From Lama guanicoe (Eukaryota): a stretch of DNA of 64,000 nt. The stretch is from assembly GCA_013239625.1 (NCBI GenBank), contig MU053911.1:486132-550131 (forward strand). Direction: 5' to 3'. The notes beneath the pieces were generated by a model. That model saw only the letters and a program-made list of their open reading frames with translations. It was not told the DNA's origin and made no database searches. This document shows, piece after piece, positions 25,100 through 35,759 of the stretch (position 1 is its first letter; every line of letters begins with the position of its first letter). The position numbers were made by a program, and so were the translations under genes.

Positions 25100-25400
25100 G
25101 TCACCACTAACCCCTTCCTGCCTGGATAACCCATCCTCACTCTACACTCAACGTGCCTGTGACTTAGGACCATCTCTTAGCAGAAGAGAGGACTTCTCAC
25201 ATCATGTACCAGGAGGAAAAGTGCTCAGTCACGGCTCTCCCCAAGCTGCTCTCATTGCTGAAGCAGCACAGCCGCGTGCACGGACTTCCAGATCACCCCC
25301 TTTGCTCCTCTGGGCTACCCTGTACGTCGTTGTCAGAATATCTTCCTAAACCTCCAAAAACTCACCTCAAGCTGTGCTTCTGGAGAAACTCCACAGGAGA
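25100..25400 (+). mobile_element. Possible LTR16-like (ERVL) remnant
   Basis: Ends cacctcaagctgtgcttctggagaaactcc, similar to the LTR16 end ctcaggctctgcttctggggaaccc. Heavily diverged. Confidence 0.3.
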
Positions 25401-25544
25401 TGGCTGATAAGCTACGTGGAAAGCCCCACTCAACAGAGCACTCAGTTGGTGATGACATTCTGTATGTAGCTGTCCCTTGATGCTTCTGGGACCTGGTCCT
25501 TATTCAGAAACTACAGCATAATTTTCGGATGATATGTTGCAATG

Positions 25545-25780
25545 TGCAAAGACCTAGCCCCTGAAGTCAGAATAGTACAAGCCCAAATCCTGGTTCTACT
25601 CTGTACCTTTGGTAACTTTGTTAAACTTCCTTAAACTCCTGGCCTCTTAGTCTCCTTGAGGAGTAATGACTGATCCCTGCTGCACAGAGTTTGTAGCAAG
25701 GATTAAATAAAAGCATACACATGAAGTGTTTCGCATGGTTCTGGGCACACTGACCATGGGCAATTAATATCGACTACTAA
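25545..25780 (+). mobile_element. MIR SINE
   Basis: ctgaagtcagaa...caaatcctggttctactctgtacctttggtaac...gcaaggattaaataaaagcatacacatgaagtgtttcgcatggttctgggcacac. Confidence 0.6.
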
Positions 25781-27159
25781 CTTTATCTAAAATTTTGAAG
25801 CATCCTTCATTATGCAGCTATAGAATGCTTTAGAATACACTGACTTCAATATTAAGAAATTCAACTTAAAATCAAAACCTTAGAACCTAGCTTCTTAGAA
25901 GTCTGGATATACTCAGCACAATATGTTCTTCAAAAACTTACTTGTGACAGATTATTTGAATGGCATAGTCGAAGGCCAGGGAAGCAGAGGGCTCCACAAA
26001 CATAATCCTGGGCTGTTTCTAAAAGCCTTCCCATGACTGAATGTTAAGATGTACGATCTGGTAAAATAATTCTGCTAGCAGATCACATACAGTAAATATT
26101 TAGGAAATCAATCAATGGTATTTTTGAGATTGAAATGCTTGACATTACAACCGAGGGTATAAAATATGTTTCGGGAAGTATCGGAGACGGTTAACCTCGG
26201 ATAAATGTTTTCCACAGAGACGTAAGTTGGCGAGAGGACTTTGATGGAAAGGGGGTTCCATTTCTTCTTCCTTCAGTGGCATGAGTTTTGGATCCTTTTC
26301 TGTTATTATTTCTGGGTGGGTACAGCGCTCGTGATTACCCGAGAAGCTCTTGGAATTTCACAGGAGAAATTGTTGGAAAATATTTCAGTCTCTCAAGTTG
26401 CTGGAACAACGCTCCTAAAAAAGATGGCTTTTAGTGGAGTTGGGAGACTTTCTTGCTTCCATTAGATAGTTTAGTGAAAGCTACACTGGCCTCACAGAAA
26501 TCAGATGCCAAGACCTCCCACGCCTTCTGTGTAGCCTTTCTACCAGCATACACTGAAAATCTCACCGAGTTTTTCTCAATTTTTTTGTTCATTTTATCAA
26601 AATGCTTCCTTTTTCTAACTTCATTATGATGCTTCAGATTATACTATAAATAGTATTGCTTTCAGAGCATTTCTATCCTAATCAGTGTTTGATTTTTACC
26701 TTTCTCCCAGCATACAGGAAAAAGTATCCAAGAGCTGGACTCGAGAGATAAATAGAGAACCAAAGATATGGCGAAATTGTTGCTTCCTTGGTCAAATACT
26801 GAGAGGAGCCCAAGATAGTCTAAGAGAGTCCTTAACCATAGAGATAAAACATATATACTTACAGGATATAAATGTCAAAGGAAACCTTTATTAGTTGCAG
26901 ATTTCTCCCCTTACCCATATGTGCACGGGCAGGCAGGCGGCAATCAGAGGTGACAAACCCAAGAAGAGGAGCATGGAACTGGGACTGTCTCTGGCCCTAA
27001 ACGGGTGGCAGATCTCTGTCATCCACATGCTTTGTTTGGCTGCCTTGGACTGCTCTTCCTGGGCCATTTCTCTTCTACAATCTGCTCTTTACAGCTAGAT
27101 TTCTCTCTAATGAGATGAGAGAATCCATGTTGACTTTGTTCAAAAGTTGACTTTGTGTT

Positions 27160-27355
27160 GACTTTGGAGTCAAAAAGGTTAGGGTCAAAACCGGGGTCTG
27201 AATTATTATTTGTGTGCACGGTAAGTACCTCACAGGGCATCGGCCCAAACATCTATTAAACACGGGGCTAACAATCTGCTCACAAATTTATGGCAGGAAG
27301 AACATGAGATCATGTGCCAGAGACTAACCCGACACTCGCTGGAAATAAGCATCAG
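27160..27355 (+). mobile_element. MIR SINE
   Basis: gactttggagtcaaaaaggttagggtcaaaaccggggtctg...catctattaaacacggggctaacaa...atgagatcatgtgc. Confidence 0.5.
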
Positions 27356-27881
27356 TTGTCTCCTCCATCACACCCACTGAGGAGCAAAGTGCAGCCACGT
27401 GACATTGGATGACAGTCTCTCCCTGAAGAAAATCCTGCAGTTTCCGTGTTTCACTGATGACAGTGAAGAGATGTTAGAGGGTCAACGTGTCCCTCCGTTT
27501 CCTATGTCTTAGTCTACCTCTCACCTCCGTCCTATCATCCGTGAGGAAAGGCAACTCAAACAAACTGCAGTTTTCTCGTTGTTACACAAATATCTCGTAA
27601 AAGCCATGTGATTGCGTGCAAACAGCTGGACTGCGAGTGTGAAGGCTAGGTCAAGCCTGTCCTGAATTATCTCAGCTTTAGTCCCTTTCTCCTCAAAATG
27701 AAGACAGGGCTTTTTCTTTATTCCCTGGAGAGCATGTGGGTATCAAATTACATCCTTCTGTAGGAAAATGGGTTAATATATCTCAGTGCACTTACACCAA
27801 ATTGTGGAACTTACGTTACGAAGCAAACCGCACGCAAGCGGCCAAAGCCGCCGCCGCCCGGCAACAGCGTGAAGACGAGGC

Positions 27882-27913
27882 GGGGCCGGGGCGGGGCCGG
27901 GGCGGGGCTGGGG
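27882..27913 (+). promoter_or_regulatory. Tandem GC boxes / G-quadruplex-capable motif in a CpG patch
   Basis: GGGGCCGGGGCGGGGCCGGGGCGGGGCTGGGG: six GGGG runs with 1-2 nt loops, including GGGGCGGGGC (Sp/KLF) boxes. Confidence 0.6.
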
Positions 27914-28432
27914 CGGCGCTCCCCCAGGCGGCGTGAGGCTGGCGGGACACGGTGGGCCCTGGCAGAACGCGACGGGCGAGAGCCGAGGAAGCAGCGATGT
28001 TGATTTTTACAACAAAAATGAGAGTTCTGAACACAAGCAACTCAAACAATGAAAATATAAAGGGTAGACGGACAGTGCAGCCAACACAAGTTCCCTTGAC
28101 GGTCATTTGGAGGCAAGGGGCAACTAGAGTTTGGTAACCCATTAATTGAAAGCAATAAATAGTAAAATTCAAAGTAATTTGCTTGCAGAGACCTATTATT
28201 TCCGTTCTCTAAGACGAACTATTCAAAAATCGCAGTGATGATCTCTCAGTCTCTTACGAGGCGGGGCTGCAACAGGTACTCCACATAGCAGATGCCTGGC
28301 GGGGGCGGGCGTCTTCAGGTGCTTCTTACAGCCGCTGCCTGGCCTTTCTCACCGCGTCCACCTGGATGCCAGCCGTGCTCACCGGTCTCAGGTCCTCTTC
28401 TCTTCATCCACGGCCACATCAAGGATGGGGAA

Positions 28433-29148
28433 GACACACCGACACCCACACACACACACACACAGACACACACACACAGACACACAGACACAGACACACA
28501 CACACAGAGACACACACACAGAGACACACACAGACACACAGACACAGACACACAGACACACACAGAGACACACACACAGATACACAGAGACACACACACA
28601 CACACATACAGACACACACACAGACACACACACAGAGACACACACAGACACACAGACACAGACACACAGACACACACAGAGACACACACACACAGACACA
28701 CACACAGATACACAGAGACACACACACACACATACAGACACACACACAGACACACACACAGAGACACACACAGACACACAGACACAGACACACAGACACA
28801 CACAGAGACACACACACAGATACACAGAGACACACACACACACATACAGACACACACACAGACACACACAGACACACACACAGAGACACACACAGACACA
28901 CAGACACAGACACACAGACACACACAGAGACACACACACAGATACACAGAGACACACACACACACATACAGACACACACACAGACACACACAGACACACA
29001 CACAGAGACACACACAGACACACAGACACAGACACACAGACACACACAGAGACACACACACAGATACACAGAGACACACACACACACATACAGACACACA
29101 CACAGACACACACAGACACACACACAGACACACACACTGACACACACA
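28433..29148. repeat. CA-rich compound minisatellite with a ~112-128 bp higher-order unit
   Basis: CA/GA dinucleotide array. The T of the cagaTacacagaga landmark recurs at 28581, 28709, 28821, 28943 and 29065. Confidence 0.95.
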
Positions 29149-29540
29149 CCCCTTCCACCACTTTGAGTAGTTTTTTCAAAAAGGTGTGGGAAGAAGAACT
29201 GCTTGCAGGAGGGAAAAGGAAGTGGACAGACACACTCCATGAGAATTTGTATCCCAGGCGAAGATGCAAGGCCACCAGGCCTTGATGGTTTGGACGAACC
29301 AGACCCCGCAGGTCTCTGCTGAGGCACAAAGAAAGAGAGGAATGGCGTTTCCGCCAAGGAGAGTCAGAAGTCAGCCCGAGAGCACAGAGGTCGTGCTGGT
29401 TATATTTTCGGAGAAGTCCTTAGTGATCCTACTCCTTTTAGATTATCAAGGAAAATTGGGTAGGGAAGTGGGGTAGAGGTTGGCAACGAGAGAGCCAAGG
29501 AAAGAGCTTCATGTTCACTTTAAAAGAAATGGCTTTTGTT

Positions 29541-29663
29541 GGGGAGGGCGTAGCTCAGGGGCAGAGCACATGCCCAGCAAGCAAGAGGTCCTGGGTTCAA
29601 CCCCCAGGGCCTCCATTACAGTAAATAAATGCAACCTAATTACCTTCCCCCCAAAGGAAAAAG
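29541..29663 (+). mobile_element. tRNA-derived SINE, camelid Vic-1 type
   Basis: ggggagggcgtagctcaggggcagagc (A-box-like), ggttcaacccc (B-box-like), aaataaatgcaacctaattacc tail and A-rich end. Imperfect TSD aaaagaaatggctttt (29522-29537) / aaaagaaatggttctt (29664-29679). Confidence 0.85.
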
Positions 29664-32099
29664 AAAAGAAATGGTTCTTTAATGAAAGAAATGTCATCAT
29701 TTTGCATCAGACTTAATTTTTTTAAACTGCCTCAATCACCCAATGAAGATGTGCCCCTTGAGCTCCCTCTGTCCTTGGAAATAGATTTTATTTGCTCATT
29801 TGTTCTCACAATAAAAATGAAAACCGTGATGTCAAATACCAACGGGAATGATAGAAACGTTATTTTATATATTTTAACAAGGGGGAAATGCCTTTATAAG
29901 CAACCTATTTTCCTGTGTTGAGTTCTTTCAAAATTAAATTTATGGACCATTCACACATTCCAGTGGTGCAAGGTCAGCGCAGCGTCTAAGTGTATCATAT
30001 GACTCCAGGAATCCAGGCGTGGCAGCTCTTCCCACTGAGAGAGTAATTGTACAACTGACAAGTGTAAGAATTCAGTATAAAAATCAGTCTGTTTATCTGG
30101 GTTTTAAAATATATTTTGAATTACTTGCTGGTAATTACACTGTTTGAAGTAGAAAAGAGTAGACATTTTTGTTAAAGAGTTTGGGGGAAAAAAGCCAAAA
30201 CCACTTTGTAGAGTTACCAAGAGGGATAGCAGTTTGGTATAAGATGTCGGCTTCCTGGCTCCAATGGTCTAAGCAGAAAAGGGGGGAAAAACCCACACAG
30301 ATATCGCCTGCAAGAAAAACAGTCCTGGTCCTGCTACCAGCTGGAGATTGGATTTTATGCAAGTCATCTCGGTTTCCCGGCTTGGCGATTTAATATCCCC
30401 GTATCTGCCTTCTTGCCCTTGAATAACAGACCTGCAAACAAGGTGGAAACGTAGAAAACGACCGTGACAAACAGAGTTCTACCGAGAGAAAGTTCTGTTA
30501 TTGTTCTCTGGTTTCATGACTCATTTGAATCGTGCTCACAGTGGCTTCTCTGGCAGATTTGCAACATTTTTCCTGGTTCTAAGCCGACTTTCACTTGGAT
30601 TCTTTACAGTCTGGGTTTTTATGGAGGAGACATTCTGACTCTAGGTGAAGTGAGATGTGAATTTGGATTTTCAGCAGTTTTCCACAGAAAAGAACTGACC
30701 TCTCCCAAACATCAGCTCTGTTCTTTAAAAATAAATGGTATTTCTTCTTCAGTTAGATTTAGTCACCTTAAGAAGTAGGGAAAGAGTTGCAACACGGTAT
30801 TTTATCACGAGGTGGGGCTCACCCTTGATCTTCTCAAGCAGGTGACAAATGTTGTAAAAGGTCGGATCGCTTTGTAAGATATTCAGCCAAAGAAATAAAA
30901 ACATAATTAGGTCATGCTGGTCCAATGGAAGACTTGATAATATTTGGAGAACAAATTAAAGGAGACAATAAATGACTCCACCAAAATAAAGCAACAAGAA
31001 ACATGGTAGAAACTGAGAACCTTTTTCTTCATGCACCTCTCTTTGTCCGTGTGGGTAACGTCCCTTGGTCCCTGGTCAACTTTCCCTCATGGCTGACCTT
31101 CTCGAGCAAAGTCTCTGCGTGAGCTGAGACAAGTTGAGGTTAAGGAACATTTTTGAGGCATTGGCCTCTGTTCTCTCAGCTTTTAACTTGGATTTTCCCT
31201 GCCAGTTGCAACCTAACAAAAAAATCTTTGTGATTTCCATAAACAGAGACCATATTCCACCATAAGTGTAATGAATAACAGTAATTTGAAATGCGTTCTT
31301 ATGAGGTCATTACGGTTATTGGTTTTCTTATAGGCTCCAATCACTTAAAGAGCAAGTGATACTATTTTTATGTATTTATTTTTTTGTATTATATTTTGTA
31401 TCCCCAATACCTAGGAAGATACCTGGTTTGACAATAGAAGCTAGATCACTGTCTTTGGTATATGAATCAACCCTTAGAGGTGACGGTGAATATATACTGC
31501 AGGTAAGGCAATGCACCAGGCCCCCACAGAGGAGGGACACTCACATCTCTGCGTTCAGCACCTTTATCCGTAAAAGGAGGATGTTTGAACCTGTTGTAGC
31601 TACCAAAGTAAGAAATCTTATAGGGAGTCTACTGAAAACCAAAAGGTGTTCTCAGATAAAATGTTCCACTGCTAAGCAACTATGTGACCACGTTATGAAT
31701 CACGCTCATGTCCTCCAAAACCTGTCTCGTGTGTCAAAGTCAATTGCCGTGTATGCGACTCCTTCCCCAGACAGCGCCGCGTTAAAGAGGTTTGGATCTA
31801 TTTCCTGTTCTCCTCTGCATCCCTATCAATGTATTCTAAAGGGCAAGTCTACAGCTGAGTTAATTGTGTAGAAATGGAAGAAGGCTTATACGGGTAAATT
31901 TACAGATCATGATGGTTACCACGTGCGGTGCCCCAGGAAATGTGAAAATGAGACAGAACCCGTAGTCAGCTGAATTGAAGGGCACTTGAAGATAACAGAA
32001 GCAAAAAGAAGTGACATGATGTGACCTTTTAATAGGAAGAGCCTAGAAAGAAGGCAAGTAAGTAACTGTACGGTAAGAGTACAAGAAAACTGAAAAACA

Positions 32100-32341
32100 T
32101 TTTATTTCTTTTTTTTAATTGGAGTGTAGTCACGTTACAATGTTGTGTCAATTTCTGGTGTGCAGCATAGTGTCTCAATCATACATATACATGCACATGT
32201 TCACTTTCATGTTCCTTTTCATTCCAGGTCACTACAAGATATTGAATACAGTTCCCTGTGCTGGACAGTAGAAGCTGCTTGTTTATCTATTTTATATACA
32301 GTAGTTAGTGTCTGCAACTCTCGAACTCCCCATTTATCCCT
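32100..32341 (-). mobile_element. Short L1 3'-end fragment
   Basis: Poly-T then ggagtgtagtcacgttacaatgttgtgtcaatttctggtgtgcagcatag...ctcccatttatccc. Confidence 0.9.
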
Positions 32342-32914
32342 TAGCGAGATGATTTACTTAATAATTTCACGACAGCCTAATATACATCAAACACAGTTCT
32401 TGGCTCAAAGGAAACGTTTGCAAATATGACAATGCTTATCCTTCTGGAGATTAAAGCCTGTTGAGGGCGGCAGTCCATGAACTAGAATTACACAGCAGCC
32501 TTCTCCCCAGCCCAGGTCACCCTGCAAGCCCTGTTAGCACGTACCTCCTCTCGGCTGAGGACAGGAAGAAGGGAGCACGGGGCTGGTCCAGAGTGAGTGA
32601 GGACACCAAGAGATAAGGAGCCCACAGAGGAAGCAGTCACGAAAACCTAGGGACAGCAGAGAAAACTAAATGACTGAAACTAGTGCCTAGATCCACGTAG
32701 GGGCGGGGGGAGCACTTCCGCGGCTTTTGCGCTCAGACCCCTGAAAGCCGACTTCAGTGCCATGTCAGTCTTGGGCTGGTTGGCTGGTTTGCTTTATGGG
32801 CCACCACCAGTTTATTTCCTAAACAAAGTGGACGAAAGCGCTGTGCACTGAGGGTGCGCGCTGGAGAGCATGAGTGTCAGCAGACTTTCTCGTGTGTATG
32901 TGCATTGTTTATTT

Positions 32915-32980
32915 TTGATTCTTTCTTTCTTTTTTTATTGAAGCATAGTCAGTTTACAGTGTGTCAATTTCTGGCTGTAA
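32915..32980 (-). mobile_element. Very short L1 tail
   Basis: T-rich run then attgaagcatagtcagtttacagtgtgtcaatttctgg. Confidence 0.7.
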
Positions 32981-34049
32981 TGACAAACGCTTACTGGTGC
33001 CTAAGGTCATGACCTTTAGAGGGCAGCAGTTCACCAGTATCCACTGGAGATGAGAATGTTTTGCAGAGACAGCAGTGATTAGAATAAAACGTGTGGAGAT
33101 TTTTACACGGGTCATCCAAAAAGTGACTTTTTCTCCAGCCACCACTGGGTTAAGTGTTTTTCCGGTGCCTACTTTTTCATTATAATGATGCCTCGGGGAA
33201 TCTATGAAGGAAAGACATTTCATCTGGCTGTGAGTTAGGGTGCTGCTTAGAAAAGCTTAACATTCTTTAGCACTTTTTTTTTCTTTCCCAAGAAGGAAAC
33301 AATAGACTTAAGTGTTTTAAAAATGTGCTGACTTCCATGAGGGTTTTAAAATAAACTGATAGAAGGTTACAGCTCACATGCCTGCCTGCTGGGCTGAGAG
33401 GGCAAGTGTCCCCTAGCTTCAAGCTCAGTCACACTTTGTAAACTGGATCCAGTTCAAGCTGACAGCCTCCTCTGGGTCTCTTCTGAACGGGTGCGCCGCA
33501 GGGGAGAGGTGCTGGGCTCCCACGTCCTCGGCCCTTCAGGGCCTCCCCGGAGGCCCAGCCTCGGACTCAGCTGAAAGGAGCTCCACAAAGTGGTTCTGGC
33601 CAAGAGTCATTGGCTCTGAACCAGCGAGAAAATACTTCCTCATTCTTTTTAATTTCCAAGCTAAGGTCAAAAGAACCTTGAATTCTTAGGAGGTTTCCCA
33701 GTATCTTTCCCTTGCTCTATGTGCAGGGTAACAGCTTGAAGTAAAACAGGTCAGTCTTTTCACTTCAGCAGAGGGCGTATCGCACGTCGGAGGAGGGATC
33801 CAAACAGAGCTATCCCCTGTACTGTAAACTTATGTAAACAGTTGAAACTGTTTTCTCTGACTGGGCACGCAGTGTCTTTTTTGTAAAGCGCATAGACTAA
33901 GGGGGAAATCTACTCGGAAGATTCTGGAATCCTTTGACTACTTACAGTGCCCCTTGCTCTAAGAAAGGACACCATTGTGGTACAAAGGTGGGGGCAGTGG
34001 TTGGGGTGTGTAAATGTTCCTGCTCAAAAATAAACTGGTATTAAGGAAA

Positions 34050-34163
34050 TGCCAACAAAAAGAGTAAAATAGCACTTCACAGCCAGGAAGATGGCTATTA
34101 TGAAAAAAAATGCACACAGAAAATAATAAGTATTGGTGAGGATAGGAAGAAATTACAATCATA
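34050..34163 (+). mobile_element. Old L1 ORF2 3' fragment
   Basis: agcacttcacagccaggaagatggctattatgaaaaaa...aataataagtattggtgaggatagg. Confidence 0.6.
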
Positions 34164-35720
34164 CAGTCTATTTTAAGCTGATAACAATGTAAACTCGATG
34201 GTACATAAAAATGTTACCTTTTTACTCTTTCCCCTCCACATTCCATGGTTTTGATGTCACTATTTATATCTTCTTTGTATACATTAACAAATTTTTGTAG
34301 CTATAGTATAGTAATTTTAATACTTTGTAATTCAACCTTACTGTAATGTTCAGTGATCGACACACAACCATATTTTAGTCTTATGACATCCTGAATTTTA
34401 CTATATACCGACTGTCACTAGTATATTCTATATTTTCATATATTTTATGTTACTAATGAGGACCCTTTCACTTCAGGGTGAAGAACTCTCTCAGTGTTTC
34501 TTGTGAGGCAATTCCAGTGGTGCCCAACTCTCCCAGCTTCTGTTTGGGAAAGCCTCTATTTTGCCTTCATTTGTGAAGGACAACTTTACTGCAATATTCT
34601 TGATTTTTTGCTTTTTTCTCACCATTTTGAATATAGCATCCCTCTGACTTCTGGCCTGTATGGTTTCTGCTGAGAAATCTGCAGATAGACTTATTTTTAT
34701 TTTATTTTACTTTATTTATTTACTTTTCATTGAAGTGTAGTCAGTTTACAATGCTGTGTCAATCTCTGGTGTACAGCATAATGTTTCAGTCATACGTGTA
34801 CATACGTATATTCCTTTTCATATTCTTTTCATTACAGGCTATTACAAGCTACTGAATGTGGTTCCCTGTGCTACACAGCAGGACCTTGTTGTTTGTCTGT
34901 TTTATATATAGCATCTAGTATCTGCAAATCTCAAACTCCCAATTTATCCCTTCCCACCTCTTTTCCCCATGGTAACCATAGGTTTGCTTTTTGCCTGTGA
35001 GTCTGTTCTGTTTTGTAGATAAGTTCCTTTGTTGCTGATAGTCTTATGGAGGTTCCTTTTTAAGTGAAGATTTTCATTTCTCTTGCTTTTTAAAATTCTT
35101 TAAAACTTCCCTTTGTCTTTGCTTTAGGCAGTTTTATTATAAATGTCTTGGAAAAGATCATCTTAGGGTGAGATTTTGGAGTGATCTATTGTTAGCTTTA
35201 TAAACATGATGTCTAGATTTTTCCCCAGATTTGGGAAATTGTCAGCCATTATTTGTTTAAATAAGCTTTCTGCCTCTTTCAGCCCAAAGTGTTTCTCATG
35301 ATGGTATTTCATAAACCACATAGGCTTTGTTTTACTCTCTTTTCATTCTTTTTTTTTGTTTGTTTACTTTTTCTTCCTCCACCTGGATGACTGCGAGTGA
35401 CCTGTTGGCTCGCTGACTCTTCCTCCTGCTCGTTGGAACCTGCTGCTGAAGTTCTTTGGTAGATCATTCAGCTCAGTCGCTGAATTCTTCACCTCTACGA
35501 TTTCTCGTTGCTTTTAATGGTTTCTATATCTTTGTTGAACATCTTGTTTTGTTTATGCATTGTTTTCCTACTTTTATTTGTCTATCTGTGTTTTCTTATA
35601 TGTTACTGAATTTCTTTTAGAGGATTATTCCAAATTCTTTGTCAGATGGGCGTACATTTCCATTTCTTTTGAGTCATTCATTGGAGCTTTATTAGTTTCC
35701 ATGGGTAGTGCCATGTGTCA
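34164..35720 (-). mobile_element. Old L1MA-type ORF1/inter-ORF fragment (host of a nested young L1)
   Basis: Antisense ORF1 phrases ccttcatttgtgaaggacaactttactg, ggcctgtatggtttctgctgagaaatctgc, ccccagatttgggaaattgtcagccattattt. Confidence 0.8.
34695..35032 (-). mobile_element. Young L1 3' fragment nested in older L1
   Basis: T-rich head and L1 3' UTR. 15-bp TSD with 2 mismatches: tgcagatagacttat (34680-34694) / tgctgatagtcttat (35033-35047). Confidence 0.9.
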
Positions 35721-35759
35721 ATATAATTTCTTTGTAACATATTTTGGGGGAAACCAAGA

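Noticed and set aside
25449..25565. Box C (GTGATGA) ... box D (CTGA) snoRNA-like spacing
   Set aside because: No terminal stem, the CTGA lies in a MIR, and no antisense element was recognised.
28292..29357. Six overlapping 266-313 aa ORFs (HT-rich or VC-rich)
   Set aside because: These are translations of the CA/TG minisatellite, which almost lacks the bases needed to form stop codons; no evidence of a real protein.
29541..29615. tRNA gene
   Set aside because: A/B-box-like motifs are present, but the A box is mutated, and it has a SINE tail and TSDs; it is a SINE head.
31356..31871. 171-aa ORF, the longest outside simple repeats
   Set aside because: Non-ATG start, begins in L2-end-like sequence, no recognisable motif or convincing splice signals; plausible by chance in 64 kb.
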